DNA from: an uncultured delta proteobacterium
GTDB lineage: Bacteria; Desulfobacterota; Binatia; UBA9968
Reading direction: 5' to 3'
Length of the DNA: 64,000 nucleotides
Assembly (NCBI GenBank): GCA_963816145.1
Contig: CAWFJP010000013.1
Location: 96,001 to 160,000 of the forward strand
Shown: positions 49,576 to 58,534 of the stretch, piece after piece
Numbering within the stretch: the stretch's first letter is position 1
Layout: every line of letters begins with the position of its first letter
Notes under the pieces: generated by a model
What the model saw: the letters and a program-made list of their open reading frames with translations, nothing else
Databases searched by the model: none
Told to the model about the DNA's origin: nothing
Program-made: the position numbers and the translations under genes

Positions 49576-51321
49576 TCATTGCGGCAAAACTTCCGTGCGT
49601 TGCTTCAAGCGTTGCAGCTCTTGCTCGCAATGGAACTTGAACCCATCGCCGTCCTTCACGGCGCGCGTGATCAGGTCGGCCATATGACGCGCTGAATGCA
49701 GGCGCGCGATGTAAACGAAGTCGGCGCCCTGCTCGTAGAGTTCGATAGCCGACGAAATGCCGTCGGCGGCCACGATCACCCGCGCGTGCGGGCTAAGCCG
49801 CCGCGCCTGCTGCAGCAGCCGAAGATTGGACGTCCCGCGCAAGATCGCATCCGAGATCGTGCACGCAACGATCTTCGCCGAATGAATCTGGGCGTGATGC
49901 AGCGTGTCCATATGCGCAACGTCGCCGTAGAGACATTTGATGTCCCGCCGCTTGAGTTCTTGAAGCACCTGAGGATTGAAGTCGATCACCAAAATCTCGC
50001 CGAGGATTCCGCCGCCCTCCGCCCCGTTCGAGCTCGCCTCGATCTCGTGAAGAATGGAGCTGGCCTCGCGGAAGCAGCCGAGAAACACGATGGCATTTTC
50101 CGACGCCGCGTCGCCAAGGTCGTCGTTGTCCACGCCGTTGGAGAGTCCGAGCTTCAATAGAAGCGGGGTGAGCCGGCGCTGGATTTCGTGGTTGTAAGCG
50201 ATCAGGTATGTCGACAAAATCGAAGTGATGGCAAAGACAAAAGTGAGCGTCGCCATCAGTTCGGCGCTGATGTGTTTTAACGCCAGCCCCAATGCGGCGA
50301 TGACCAGTGAGAACTCGCTCATCTGCGCGAGATTGATGGACGGTATCAGGCTCGCTCGCAGGCCGTTGCCGAGCCCGTAAAGCACCGGAAAAACCGCGAC
50401 CAGGCGACTGGCCAGGACAAAAAGCGACATGCCGACGGCGCCACTGACGATTGCCAGCGTCGGCTGGGGGATTTGCATTCCAAGCGCGACGAAAAATAGC
50501 GTGACGAAAAAATCCCGGATATTGGTGACCTTTGCGACGACGTCGACGTTGTACGGAAAGGTAGACATGCCGACGCCCGCGATGAGAGCGCCCATCTCGC
50601 GGGAAAGCCCGAGGCCGGCAGCCGCGCCGCTCACCAAAAAACACCAGGCCAGAGCCGCGATCAACATAAGCTCCGGGACCTTGGCGGCGAAAGAAAACAA
50701 GCGCGGCAGCACGTACCGGCTCAAGCCCAAGGCCATGAGCACGAGCCCAGCACCTTTGATGAACGACTCCAGAAGAGTGCCGAGATGAGGATTGTAGAGG
50801 TTGGGCTGGAGCGCGAGAAAAGCGATGGCCCAGATATCCTGACACACCAGCACGCCGAGGGTAATCCGGCCGGGCAGGGTGGTGAGTTCAAATTTATCGT
50901 AGAGCAACTTGACGACGATCAGCGTGCTGCTCAACGCCAGGGTTACGGCCAAGTAAAGCCAATCGAAATTGCCGCGGCCCGGCGTAAATCCCATCAGAAA
51001 CGCCAGGACGATGCCGAGCCCAACACAGAGGAGAAATTGACTAATGCCCGTGACGAGCAAGGTCCGACCGGCGCTGAGAAGCTTTTTCAGGTCGATCTCT
51101 AATCCGATCATAAATAGGAGAAGAATTAAGCCGGTTTCGGAAATCAGCTCGATGGCTTCCTTATCCTTGATCCAGGCAAACCCGCTCTCAGGACCGATAG
51201 CGACGCCAGCGATCAGGTAGGCAAGAATCAAAGGTTGCTTGAAAAACTTGGCAACGAAAGCGAAGCCGGTCGCGATTACAAAGACCAGCGCTATATTCGA
51301 GAGAAGGCTCTGATGCTCCAC
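49576..51321 (-). CDS. CPA2 cation:proton antiporter with TrkA-N/KTN domain (Kef-like)
   Basis: GTG start (VEHQ); LLLFMIGLE, LSST.IVVKLL, QD, RDFF..LFF, YGD motifs. Confidence 0.9.
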   Translation of the reverse strand: MEHQSLLSNIALVFVIATGFAFVAKFFKQPLILAYLIAGVAIGPESGFAWIKDKEAIELISETGLILLLFMIGLEIDLKKLLSAGRTLLVTGISQFLLCVGLGIVLAFLMGFTPGRGNFDWLYLAVTLALSSTLIVVKLLYDKFELTTLPGRITLGVLVCQDIWAIAFLALQPNLYNPHLGTLLESFIKGAGLVLMALGLSRYVLPRLFSFAAKVPELMLIAALAWCFLVSGAAAGLGLSREMGALIAGVGMSTFPYNVDVVAKVTNIRDFFVTLFFVALGMQIPQPTLAIVSGAVGMSLFVLASRLVAVFPVLYGLGNGLRASLIPSINLAQMSEFSLVIAALGLALKHISAELMATLTFVFAITSILSTYLIAYNHEIQRRLTPLLLKLGLSNGVDNDDLGDAASENAIVFLGCFREASSILHEIEASSNGAEGGGILGEILVIDFNPQVLQELKRRDIKCLYGDVAHMDTLHHAQIHSAKIVACTISDAILRGTSNLRLLQQARRLSPHARVIVAADGISSAIELYEQGADFVYIARLHSARHMADLITRAVKDGDGFKFHCEQELQRLKQRTEVLPQ

Positions 51322-51778
51322 GGCAGGATCATTACTGCAAAGCGGACAAAAAGCGAGAGGACGGCGCAAAGCGCATGCACCTCGCAAGGAGGTGCCCGAC
51401 GCTGGTGTTGTTCAGAAACCCATTCGCACAAAATTCGCCGAGAGTGTCCGTAGTTTTTTGCGCCGCGCTCGTGTTGGTTGGTAAGATCTCTGCTGGTCAT
51501 GGCGAGCTTGGCACGACAAGCGTTGTCGATTCTGACTTAGAGCGGGGAGAAAGTGTTGTCCATGGCGGAGTGGGGAAATGGCGCAATGGAGTAATGGAGT
51601 AATGGAATAAAGGGCCTCTTGAACGATGCTGAGTGTTTGTCGTTTTTTAGTGCGGCTGCTCGGTTAAGCGAAAGTAATTTCTCGCTGTGCTCGAAATGAC
51701 AAGATTGCTGGGCATTGCGTGTATTAGATACCCAGACTCGACGCCGTCCGAACCCAATACTCCACCACCCCATTCTTT

Positions 51779-52450
51779 TCAGCCAACGTGTCGCGCCAAG
51801 AATTCGAGCGTGCGAGTGCGCGCGAGCTGGCAGGCTTCGCAATGAAACCTATCGATGCGGCTCGGGTTGTCGAAGCCATGCTGCGCGCCGGGATACAAAT
51901 GGATCGGAATAGTCTTCTGCGCTTGGCGAAATCGCTCGATTCGCTCTTGCGGCATCGTTGTATCTTGGTCGCCGATATGCGCGATGACCGGGCAACTTGA
52001 AGTTTCATCGGCGAAGTCAGGCATCATAGAGCCGTAGTACGCGACCGCGGCGGTGTAGTCGCGGCGGCAGGCGGCGAGCCATGCGAGAGTTCCGCCCCAG
52101 CAGAAGCCGACGATGGCCACTTTCCCCGCTTCCAGGACGATATTCTTGCCGGCGTCAAGATCGTCGAGGGCGTGGTCCCAGTTCCAGTTTTTATAAATCG
52201 TCTGGGCGCGGTCGTGATTTTCCTTGTTGTATTCCAGGACAAGGTTTCGCTGGCGGCGGTCGTAGAGCGCCGGCGCGATGGTGAGATAACCCTGCGCGGC
52301 GTAGAAATCGCAGGTGTCGCGCAGATAGCTCGTGACGCCGTACATTTCTTGGGCGATGACGACGCCACCCCGAGGTTTGTTTGCAGGCCGCGCCAGATAG
52401 GCGTCGAGAACATGGCCGTCGCGGGCAGTGATCTGGATCATGGTGCCCAT
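51779..52450 (-). CDS. Dienelactone hydrolase family protein
   Basis: QEMYGV, GFCWGG, YPGAQHGF. The upstream ORF extension lies within a repeat. Confidence 0.9.
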   Translation of the reverse strand: MGTMIQITARDGHVLDAYLARPANKPRGGVVIAQEMYGVTSYLRDTCDFYAAQGYLTIAPALYDRRQRNLVLEYNKENHDRAQTIYKNWNWDHALDDLDAGKNIVLEAGKVAIVGFCWGGTLAWLAACRRDYTAAVAYYGSMMPDFADETSSCPVIAHIGDQDTTMPQERIERFRQAQKTIPIHLYPGAQHGFDNPSRIDRFHCEACQLARTRTLEFLARHVG

Positions 52451-52475
52451 GGGTTTCTGGGTCGGATTCGAATTA

Positions 52476-52559
52476 TTCTCCCGCAAAGGCGCAAAGACGC
52501 TAAGTTCGGAAAAATCCTTGGTCTTCTTTCTTTGCGAGCTTTGCGCCTTGGCGGGAGAA
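52476..52559. repeat. Intergenic palindrome, CGCAAAG family
   Basis: 21-bp arms TTCTCCCGCAAAGGCGCAAAG / CTTTGCGCCTTGGCGGGAGAA (one mismatch); inner AAGTTCGGA as in the CACGAAG family. Confidence 0.8.
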
Positions 52560-52565
52560 ATCGGC

Positions 52566-53933
52566 TTAAGCCGGTGTCAGCAGGCTCGCCAGCTTTTGCA
52601 TGTTGTCGACGGTTTCAAGATTCCGCACGGCTGTGACTAAATTTCGGGCGCAATCCTCGGAGAGCACGGCCTTGACGTTGCCGCGAAATTTCTCGGTCAC
52701 TTCTTCTTCCGTCATGGGGTTGCGCGGGTCGCCTTTGGCGATTTTCGCCGTGTAACTATGACGGGTGCCGTCTTTCAGCTCGACGCTGACCGGACAGTAG
52801 GGCCCGGGCTCGGGGATCGACTCGTCGCAGATAACCTGGACTTTGCTGAAGGCGTCTTGAACTTCCGGCCGGTTGACCTTTTCGTCGGTGAACGTTGCGA
52901 TCTCCAACTTGCCATCGAGGAAGCACATGGCGACGACGTAATTGATGGCGAACTTGCCGCGCAGGCCGGTTTTGACCTCGGCTGAGTAATGGCGCGCGTA
53001 GCGCTTAGGCGGGATGCTCACTGCCATCTTGGCGACATCGGCGAAATTAATTTTATGCTCGCGTTTCAAATACAAGGCCGCGTCGGCGGCGAGGAACTGC
53101 GGCGCGCTGCATGGGTGCCATTTGAGACCGATGCCGGGAGTTTCGAGAAAGTATGGCTTGCCGATATTCTCGACCATCTTGTTATAGTCGCAGGTGTCGG
53201 GGCCGAAAAAGGTGTCGCAGAAGCCGCGCGGCGCTTCGAAGATGGCGGCGTCGGCGGTGAATCCTTTGCTGGCCAGGATTGCCGCTTCGGCGCCGTTGCG
53301 CGCGGAATTGCCGGCATGAAACGGTTTGACCATCGACCCCTGCTGGCGATGGATGCCGCCGGCGCCGGAGGCGGCGATACCTAGAGCAGTTTTGATTTTG
53401 TCGACCGGGAGTTTCAATAAGCTGGCGCAGGCGACGGTGGCGCCCAGGCTGCCGAACACCGGCGTGCTGTGAAAGCCGCGGTCCTGCACGTTGGGCGCGT
53501 TGGCGGCGATTTTACAGATCACTTCTATGCCGAGCACGTAGGCTCTGAGCAAATCCTTGCCGGTCGCGCCGATATGCTCCGCCAGCGGCAGTGCGGCACC
53601 GACGATCATGCTGGTCGGGTGGCCGACATGGATGAAGGCGTCCCAGTCATCGTAGTCGAGGGCGTGGGCGAGCAGGCCATTGGCGAAGGCGGCGGTGCTG
53701 ACTGAGGCTTTCGCATGGCTGCCCCAGATCGAAGATTCGGCGGAAGCGCCGAGGCCTTTGCAATAATCCAACGCGATTTCGGCTGCCTCTGTGGAAGCGC
53801 CGGCAAGCGCCACGCCCAGGGTGTCGAGGATATGCATCTTGGCATTGGCCAATGTCTCGTCCGAAATGGCCGAAAGCTCGGTATCGCTGATAAAGCGCGC
53901 GAGTAGGTCGGTGACCGGTGGAGGTGTTGCCAT
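52566..53933 (-). CDS. MmgE/PrpD family protein
   Basis: LDTLGVALAG, HALDYDD, GFHST, KPFHAG, KGDPRNPM. Confidence 0.92.
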   Translation of the reverse strand: MATPPPVTDLLARFISDTELSAISDETLANAKMHILDTLGVALAGASTEAAEIALDYCKGLGASAESSIWGSHAKASVSTAAFANGLLAHALDYDDWDAFIHVGHPTSMIVGAALPLAEHIGATGKDLLRAYVLGIEVICKIAANAPNVQDRGFHSTPVFGSLGATVACASLLKLPVDKIKTALGIAASGAGGIHRQQGSMVKPFHAGNSARNGAEAAILASKGFTADAAIFEAPRGFCDTFFGPDTCDYNKMVENIGKPYFLETPGIGLKWHPCSAPQFLAADAALYLKREHKINFADVAKMAVSIPPKRYARHYSAEVKTGLRGKFAINYVVAMCFLDGKLEIATFTDEKVNRPEVQDAFSKVQVICDESIPEPGPYCPVSVELKDGTRHSYTAKIAKGDPRNPMTEEEVTEKFRGNVKAVLSEDCARNLVTAVRNLETVDNMQKLASLLTPA

Positions 53934-54042
53934 CTTGTTCTCCTGCGAAATGGGAGATATGAAAGTTTCTTATCCGAAGGCCGAGGCAACAGGCAATAGG
54001 CAGCAGGCAATAGTCGGAAAAAAAAGATCAAGGGAGAAGTGA

Positions 54043-55218
54043 ATGAAAGGTTGTTTGGACGGCATCAGGGTATTGGAGTTGGGTAATTTTATTTCCGGGC
54101 CCTACGGCGCGATGTTGCTGGCGGATATGGGCGCGGAAGTCATCAAAGTGGAAAACCCCAAGGGCGGCGACCCGTTTCGCGGCTGGGACTTCGGCGGCGA
54201 TCAACCGAACTTTTGGGCTTACAATCGCGGCAAGAAAAGCATCACGCTGAACTTGCAGACCCCCGAAGGCAAGGAAGTGTTCTACGGCCTGGTGAAAAAG
54301 GCCGACGTGGTAATGGACAACTATCGCCCCGGCGTGACCAAGAAGTTGGCGATCGATTTCGAGTCCTTGAGCAAGATCAATCCGAAAATCATTTGCTGCT
54401 CGATCACCGGCACCGGCCCGTCCGGTCCCTATGTCAAGCGTCCGGCGTACGACACCGTCGGGCAAGGCATGGGCGGCATGATGAGCGTGCTGATGGATCC
54501 AAAGGATCCCAAGCCGGTCGGTCCGGCCTACGCAGATTGCTTGAGCGGCATGTTCTCGGCCTTAGGAGTTTTGGGCGCGCTGATGGCGCGCACAACGACG
54601 GGCAAGGGACAGCAGGTCGACGCGACCATGGTGGGATCGATCCTGGCCTTCTTGAACGCGCCGGCGACCGAAACCATGGCGCATGGGCGGATTCCCGGAC
54701 CGTACACGCGGCCGCGCCAGTCGCAAACCTACGCATTCGCTTGCGCAGACGGCGCGATGCTGGCGATTCATTTGTCGTCGCCGCAAAAATTTTGGGAGGG
54801 GTTGTGCAAATCGGTCGGCCGTCCCGAAATGATCGACGACCCGCGTTTCCACACGCGTCCGAACCGGCGCGCCAACTACGACGAACTGAACAAGACCTTC
54901 GCGGTATTTTTCAAAGATAAACCGCGCGCCCACTGGGTCGAACAGCTCGAGGCCAACGACGTGCCGCACACGCCGGTGTACAACTTGAAAGAAGTCTTCG
55001 ACGATCCGCAGGTGAAACATATGGGCATGCAGATCGCCATCGAACGCAAAGACAAGCCGACGATCAACACGGTAAAATTTCCGCTCACCCACAGCGACAC
55101 CCCATCGCCGTTCCCCGCGCCGCCGCCGGAGCTGGGCGAGAACAACAGCGAGTTTTTAAAATCGCTCGGTTACGACGAGGCGAAGATCGCCGAGTTTAAG
55201 GAAAAGGGGATTATCTAA
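54043..55218 (+). CDS. CaiB/BaiF family III CoA-transferase
   Basis: ISGPYGAMLLADMGAEVIKVE, NRGKKSITLNL, NYRPGV. Confidence 0.92.
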   Translation: MKGCLDGIRVLELGNFISGPYGAMLLADMGAEVIKVENPKGGDPFRGWDFGGDQPNFWAYNRGKKSITLNLQTPEGKEVFYGLVKKADVVMDNYRPGVTKKLAIDFESLSKINPKIICCSITGTGPSGPYVKRPAYDTVGQGMGGMMSVLMDPKDPKPVGPAYADCLSGMFSALGVLGALMARTTTGKGQQVDATMVGSILAFLNAPATETMAHGRIPGPYTRPRQSQTYAFACADGAMLAIHLSSPQKFWEGLCKSVGRPEMIDDPRFHTRPNRRANYDELNKTFAVFFKDKPRAHWVEQLEANDVPHTPVYNLKEVFDDPQVKHMGMQIAIERKDKPTINTVKFPLTHSDTPSPFPAPPPELGENNSEFLKSLGYDEAKIAEFKEKGII

Positions 55219-55317
55219 GATACCAGACCTAGAAGTTTAATGATCAAGTAAAGCGTTGGCTTGGATTTCTCCCTTTGGAAAAGGGGGGGAGGCTAGTACC
55301 AAAATTCGGGAGTCACA

Positions 55318-56493
55318 ATGAACGGCTGTCTAGAAGGCATCAAAGTTTTGGAGTTGGGCAATTTTATTTCAGGACCTTACGGCGCGATGTTGCTGGCGGA
55401 CATGGGCGCGGAGGTGATCAAAGTTGAAAATCCCAAGGGCGGCGATCCGTTTCGTGGTTGGGATCTGGGCGGCGATGAGCCGAACTTCTGGGCCTACAAT
55501 CGCGGCAAGCGAAGTATCACGCTGAACCTTCAGACTCTCGAGGGCAAAGAGATTTTTCTCAAACTCGCCAACAAGGTCGATGTGGTACTCGACAATTATC
55601 GGCCCGGGGTCATGAAGCGGTTGGGCATCGACTATGACACGGTGAGCAAAACCAATCCCGGTGTAATTTATCTTTCGATCACCGGGACCGGGCCGACGGG
55701 ACCTTACGTCAAGCGGCCGGCGTACGACACGGTGGGCCAAGGGCTTGGCGGTATGCTGAGCCTGCTCATGGACGCCAAGAATCCCCGGCCCATCGGACCC
55801 AACTACGCCGATAGCTTGAGCGGCATGTTCGCCTGTATCGGCGTGCTCGGCGCCATCGCGGCGCGCGCCAAGACCGGCAAAGGGCAGCAGGTCGACACGA
55901 CGATGGCAGGTTCGATCTTGGCGTTCTTGATCGCGCCGGCGACCGATTCGTTGGCGACCGGAAAGATTCCCGGTCCGTACACCCGGCCGATTCAATCGCA
56001 GACCTACGCGTTCACGGGTTCCGACGGCGCCATGTTCGCGATTCACCTATCGTCGCCGCAAAAATTCTGGGAAGGCTTGTGTAAAGCCGCTGGCCATCCA
56101 GAACTGATCGACGACCCACGTTTCAGCACCCGGCCGAACCGGCGCAAGAATTATGACGACCTGGCCAAAACCTTCGGCGAGTTCTTCAAGGAAAAACCGC
56201 GAGTCTACTGGATGGAACGGCTCGAAGCTGAGGATGTGCCGCACACGCCGGTCTACAACATGCAGGAAGTTTTCCAGGATCCGCAGATCAAACATATGGG
56301 TCTGGAGATCACCCTCGAACGCAAGGACAAACCGAACATTCGCACCGTGGCGTTCCCGAACCAGTACAGCGATGACAAGATTCCTCATCCACTGCCGCCG
56401 CCGGAGCTGGGTGAGCACAACGCCGAGTATCTGAAGCCGCTGGGATATACCGATCAACAGATTGGCGAGTTCAAGGACAAGGGGATCATTTAA
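55318..56493 (+). CDS. CaiB/BaiF family III CoA-transferase (tandem paralog)
   Basis: Same length (391 aa) and colinear with the preceding gene. Confidence 0.92.
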   Translation: MNGCLEGIKVLELGNFISGPYGAMLLADMGAEVIKVENPKGGDPFRGWDLGGDEPNFWAYNRGKRSITLNLQTLEGKEIFLKLANKVDVVLDNYRPGVMKRLGIDYDTVSKTNPGVIYLSITGTGPTGPYVKRPAYDTVGQGLGGMLSLLMDAKNPRPIGPNYADSLSGMFACIGVLGAIAARAKTGKGQQVDTTMAGSILAFLIAPATDSLATGKIPGPYTRPIQSQTYAFTGSDGAMFAIHLSSPQKFWEGLCKAAGHPELIDDPRFSTRPNRRKNYDDLAKTFGEFFKEKPRVYWMERLEAEDVPHTPVYNMQEVFQDPQIKHMGLEITLERKDKPNIRTVAFPNQYSDDKIPHPLPPPELGEHNAEYLKPLGYTDQQIGEFKDKGII

Positions 56494-56518
56494 GGCTTAG
56501 TACCTGGAGGTACGTTAT

Positions 56519-57157
56519 ATGAAACTCTACTACCATCCGATTTCTTCATACTCTCAGAAAACTCTCATGGCCTTCTACGAAAAGGGCTGCGCCTTCGAGC
56601 CGGTGCTGGTCAATTTGATGGATGAGCAGGCGAAGGCTGAGTACAAGAAAATCTATCCAATGGGCAAAGTGCCGTTTCTGCGCATCGAGGAGAAGTCGTG
56701 GAGTGTGCCGGAGTCGAGCATTATTATTGAATACATCGACCGCCACTGCCCCGGCGGGACCAAGCTGATTCCTGACGATCCCGATTTGGCCAGGCAAGTG
56801 CGCATGCGCGATCGGTTCTTAGATTTTTACGTCAACGACCCGATGGTGAAGATTTTCTTCGATGGTTTTCGCCCGGAAGGACAGAAAGACCCTTACGGCG
56901 TGCAGCAGGCTAAGGATCGTCTCGACTCGGCCTTCGCAATTCTCGATCAAGAAATGGCGAACCAAAGCTGGGCGATGGGCGATCTGTTCTCGATGGCCGA
57001 TTGCGCGGCGGCGCCGGCGCTCAGTTATTGCCGCATGGTTTACCCGTTTACCAAGCATAAGAACGTCGTTGCTTACATGCATCGCCTCGCCGAGCGGCCA
57101 TCTTTTCAGCGCGTGGCCCAGGAAGCCGCGCCTTATCTGGCGGCGTTCAAGAAGTAA
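56519..57157 (+). CDS. Glutathione S-transferase family protein
   Basis: HPISSYSQK, PMGKVP, ESSIIIEY, FSMADCAAAPAL. Confidence 0.9.
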   Translation: MKLYYHPISSYSQKTLMAFYEKGCAFEPVLVNLMDEQAKAEYKKIYPMGKVPFLRIEEKSWSVPESSIIIEYIDRHCPGGTKLIPDDPDLARQVRMRDRFLDFYVNDPMVKIFFDGFRPEGQKDPYGVQQAKDRLDSAFAILDQEMANQSWAMGDLFSMADCAAAPALSYCRMVYPFTKHKNVVAYMHRLAERPSFQRVAQEAAPYLAAFKK

Positions 57158-57177
57158 AGCTGGCGCTCTACTGGTTA

Positions 57178-58356
57178 ATGGTTGACTTCGACGTAGCGGT
57201 CATCGGCGGCGGCGCTGCGGGGCTGATGTGCGCCATCGAGGCGGGGAAGCGTGGCCGGCGCGTTGTCGTCATCGAACACAGCGATCGCACCGGCAAAAAA
57301 ATTCTCATTTCCGGCGGCGGCCGCTGCAATTTCACCAACCTCAACGTCACGCCGGAAAATTTTCTCTCGGCCAATCCGCACTTCTGCAAGTCGGCGCTGG
57401 CGCGCTACACGCAGTGGGATTTCATCGCGCTGGTGGAGCGCCATGGCATCGCCTACCACGAAAAAGAGTTAGGGCAGTTGTTCTGCAATCAGTCGGCGAA
57501 ATTGATCGTGAAGATGTTGGCGGACGAATGCCGCCAGGCTGGCGTGCAGATTACGACCGGCTGCAATGTGACAGGCGTGGAGCACGGTGCGGCTGGGTTT
57601 GTCATAAAGACCAACCGCGGTGCGGTGTCAGCCTCGTCGATGGTGGTCGCCTCGGGCGGCCTTTCGGTGCCGAAGATGGGCGCGACTGCCTTTGGCTACG
57701 AACTCGCGAAAAAACTCGGCCACCGAATCGTTCCGACGAGAGCCGGTCTCGTGCCGCTCACGTTCGGTCCTGACGATCTGGTTCGCTATCGGGGTTTGTC
57801 CGGCGTGTCGTTGCCGGTGCAAGTCAGTTGTCGTCGCCAGGTCTTTGCCAACGCGATGTTATTTACTCATCGCGGGATCAGCGGCCCGGCGATTCTGCAA
57901 ATTTCCTCTTACTGGCAACCGGGCGACGCGCTCGCCGTGAATCTCCTGCCGCTGACGGATGCCTCCGATTGGTTAAAGAATCGGCGAGCGTCTCGATCCG
58001 ATTCGGAGCTAAAAACGGTGCTCGGTGAATTTTTGCCGAAACGATTGGCGCAGCGATTATGTGAAGGCGAGCTCGGTAGCCGGCCCGTGCGCCAGTATGC
58101 GCCGCAGGAGCTGCGCGAAGTTTGCGAGCGATTGCAAAGTTGGCACTTCTTGCCCAACGATACGGAAGGATACCGGACAGCGGAGGTCACCCTCGGCGGT
58201 GTCGATACGGACGAACTATCATCAACGACGATGGAGTCGAAAATTATTCCCGGTCTTTATTTTGTCGGCGAGGTGGTCGACGTCACCGGCCATCTCGGCG
58301 GCTTCAATTTTCAATGGGCCTGGTCTTCCGGGTGGGCGGCGGGGCAGGTAGTATAA
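57178..58356 (+). CDS. HI0933/YhiN (BaiN-like) flavoprotein
   Basis: GGGAAG, KILISGGGRCNFTN, LFTHRG.SGP, GG.NFQWAWSSG. Confidence 0.93.
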   Translation: MVDFDVAVIGGGAAGLMCAIEAGKRGRRVVVIEHSDRTGKKILISGGGRCNFTNLNVTPENFLSANPHFCKSALARYTQWDFIALVERHGIAYHEKELGQLFCNQSAKLIVKMLADECRQAGVQITTGCNVTGVEHGAAGFVIKTNRGAVSASSMVVASGGLSVPKMGATAFGYELAKKLGHRIVPTRAGLVPLTFGPDDLVRYRGLSGVSLPVQVSCRRQVFANAMLFTHRGISGPAILQISSYWQPGDALAVNLLPLTDASDWLKNRRASRSDSELKTVLGEFLPKRLAQRLCEGELGSRPVRQYAPQELREVCERLQSWHFLPNDTEGYRTAEVTLGGVDTDELSSTTMESKIIPGLYFVGEVVDVTGHLGGFNFQWAWSSGWAAGQVV

Positions 58357-58534
58357 GATAACCAAGAATAGGTTGTCAGGATTCGTCTGGGAGATCGTCC
58401 GGTTTTGACGGACACCATAAGAAAGCAGGACAAAAATTATTCTTTGCCTCCAACGTTTTTCCAATTGGAACTTAGCGAAGCCGAGCTCATGCTAAAACCC
58501 ATTTTAACTATGACTCCGATGAAGGGCCAATTTT

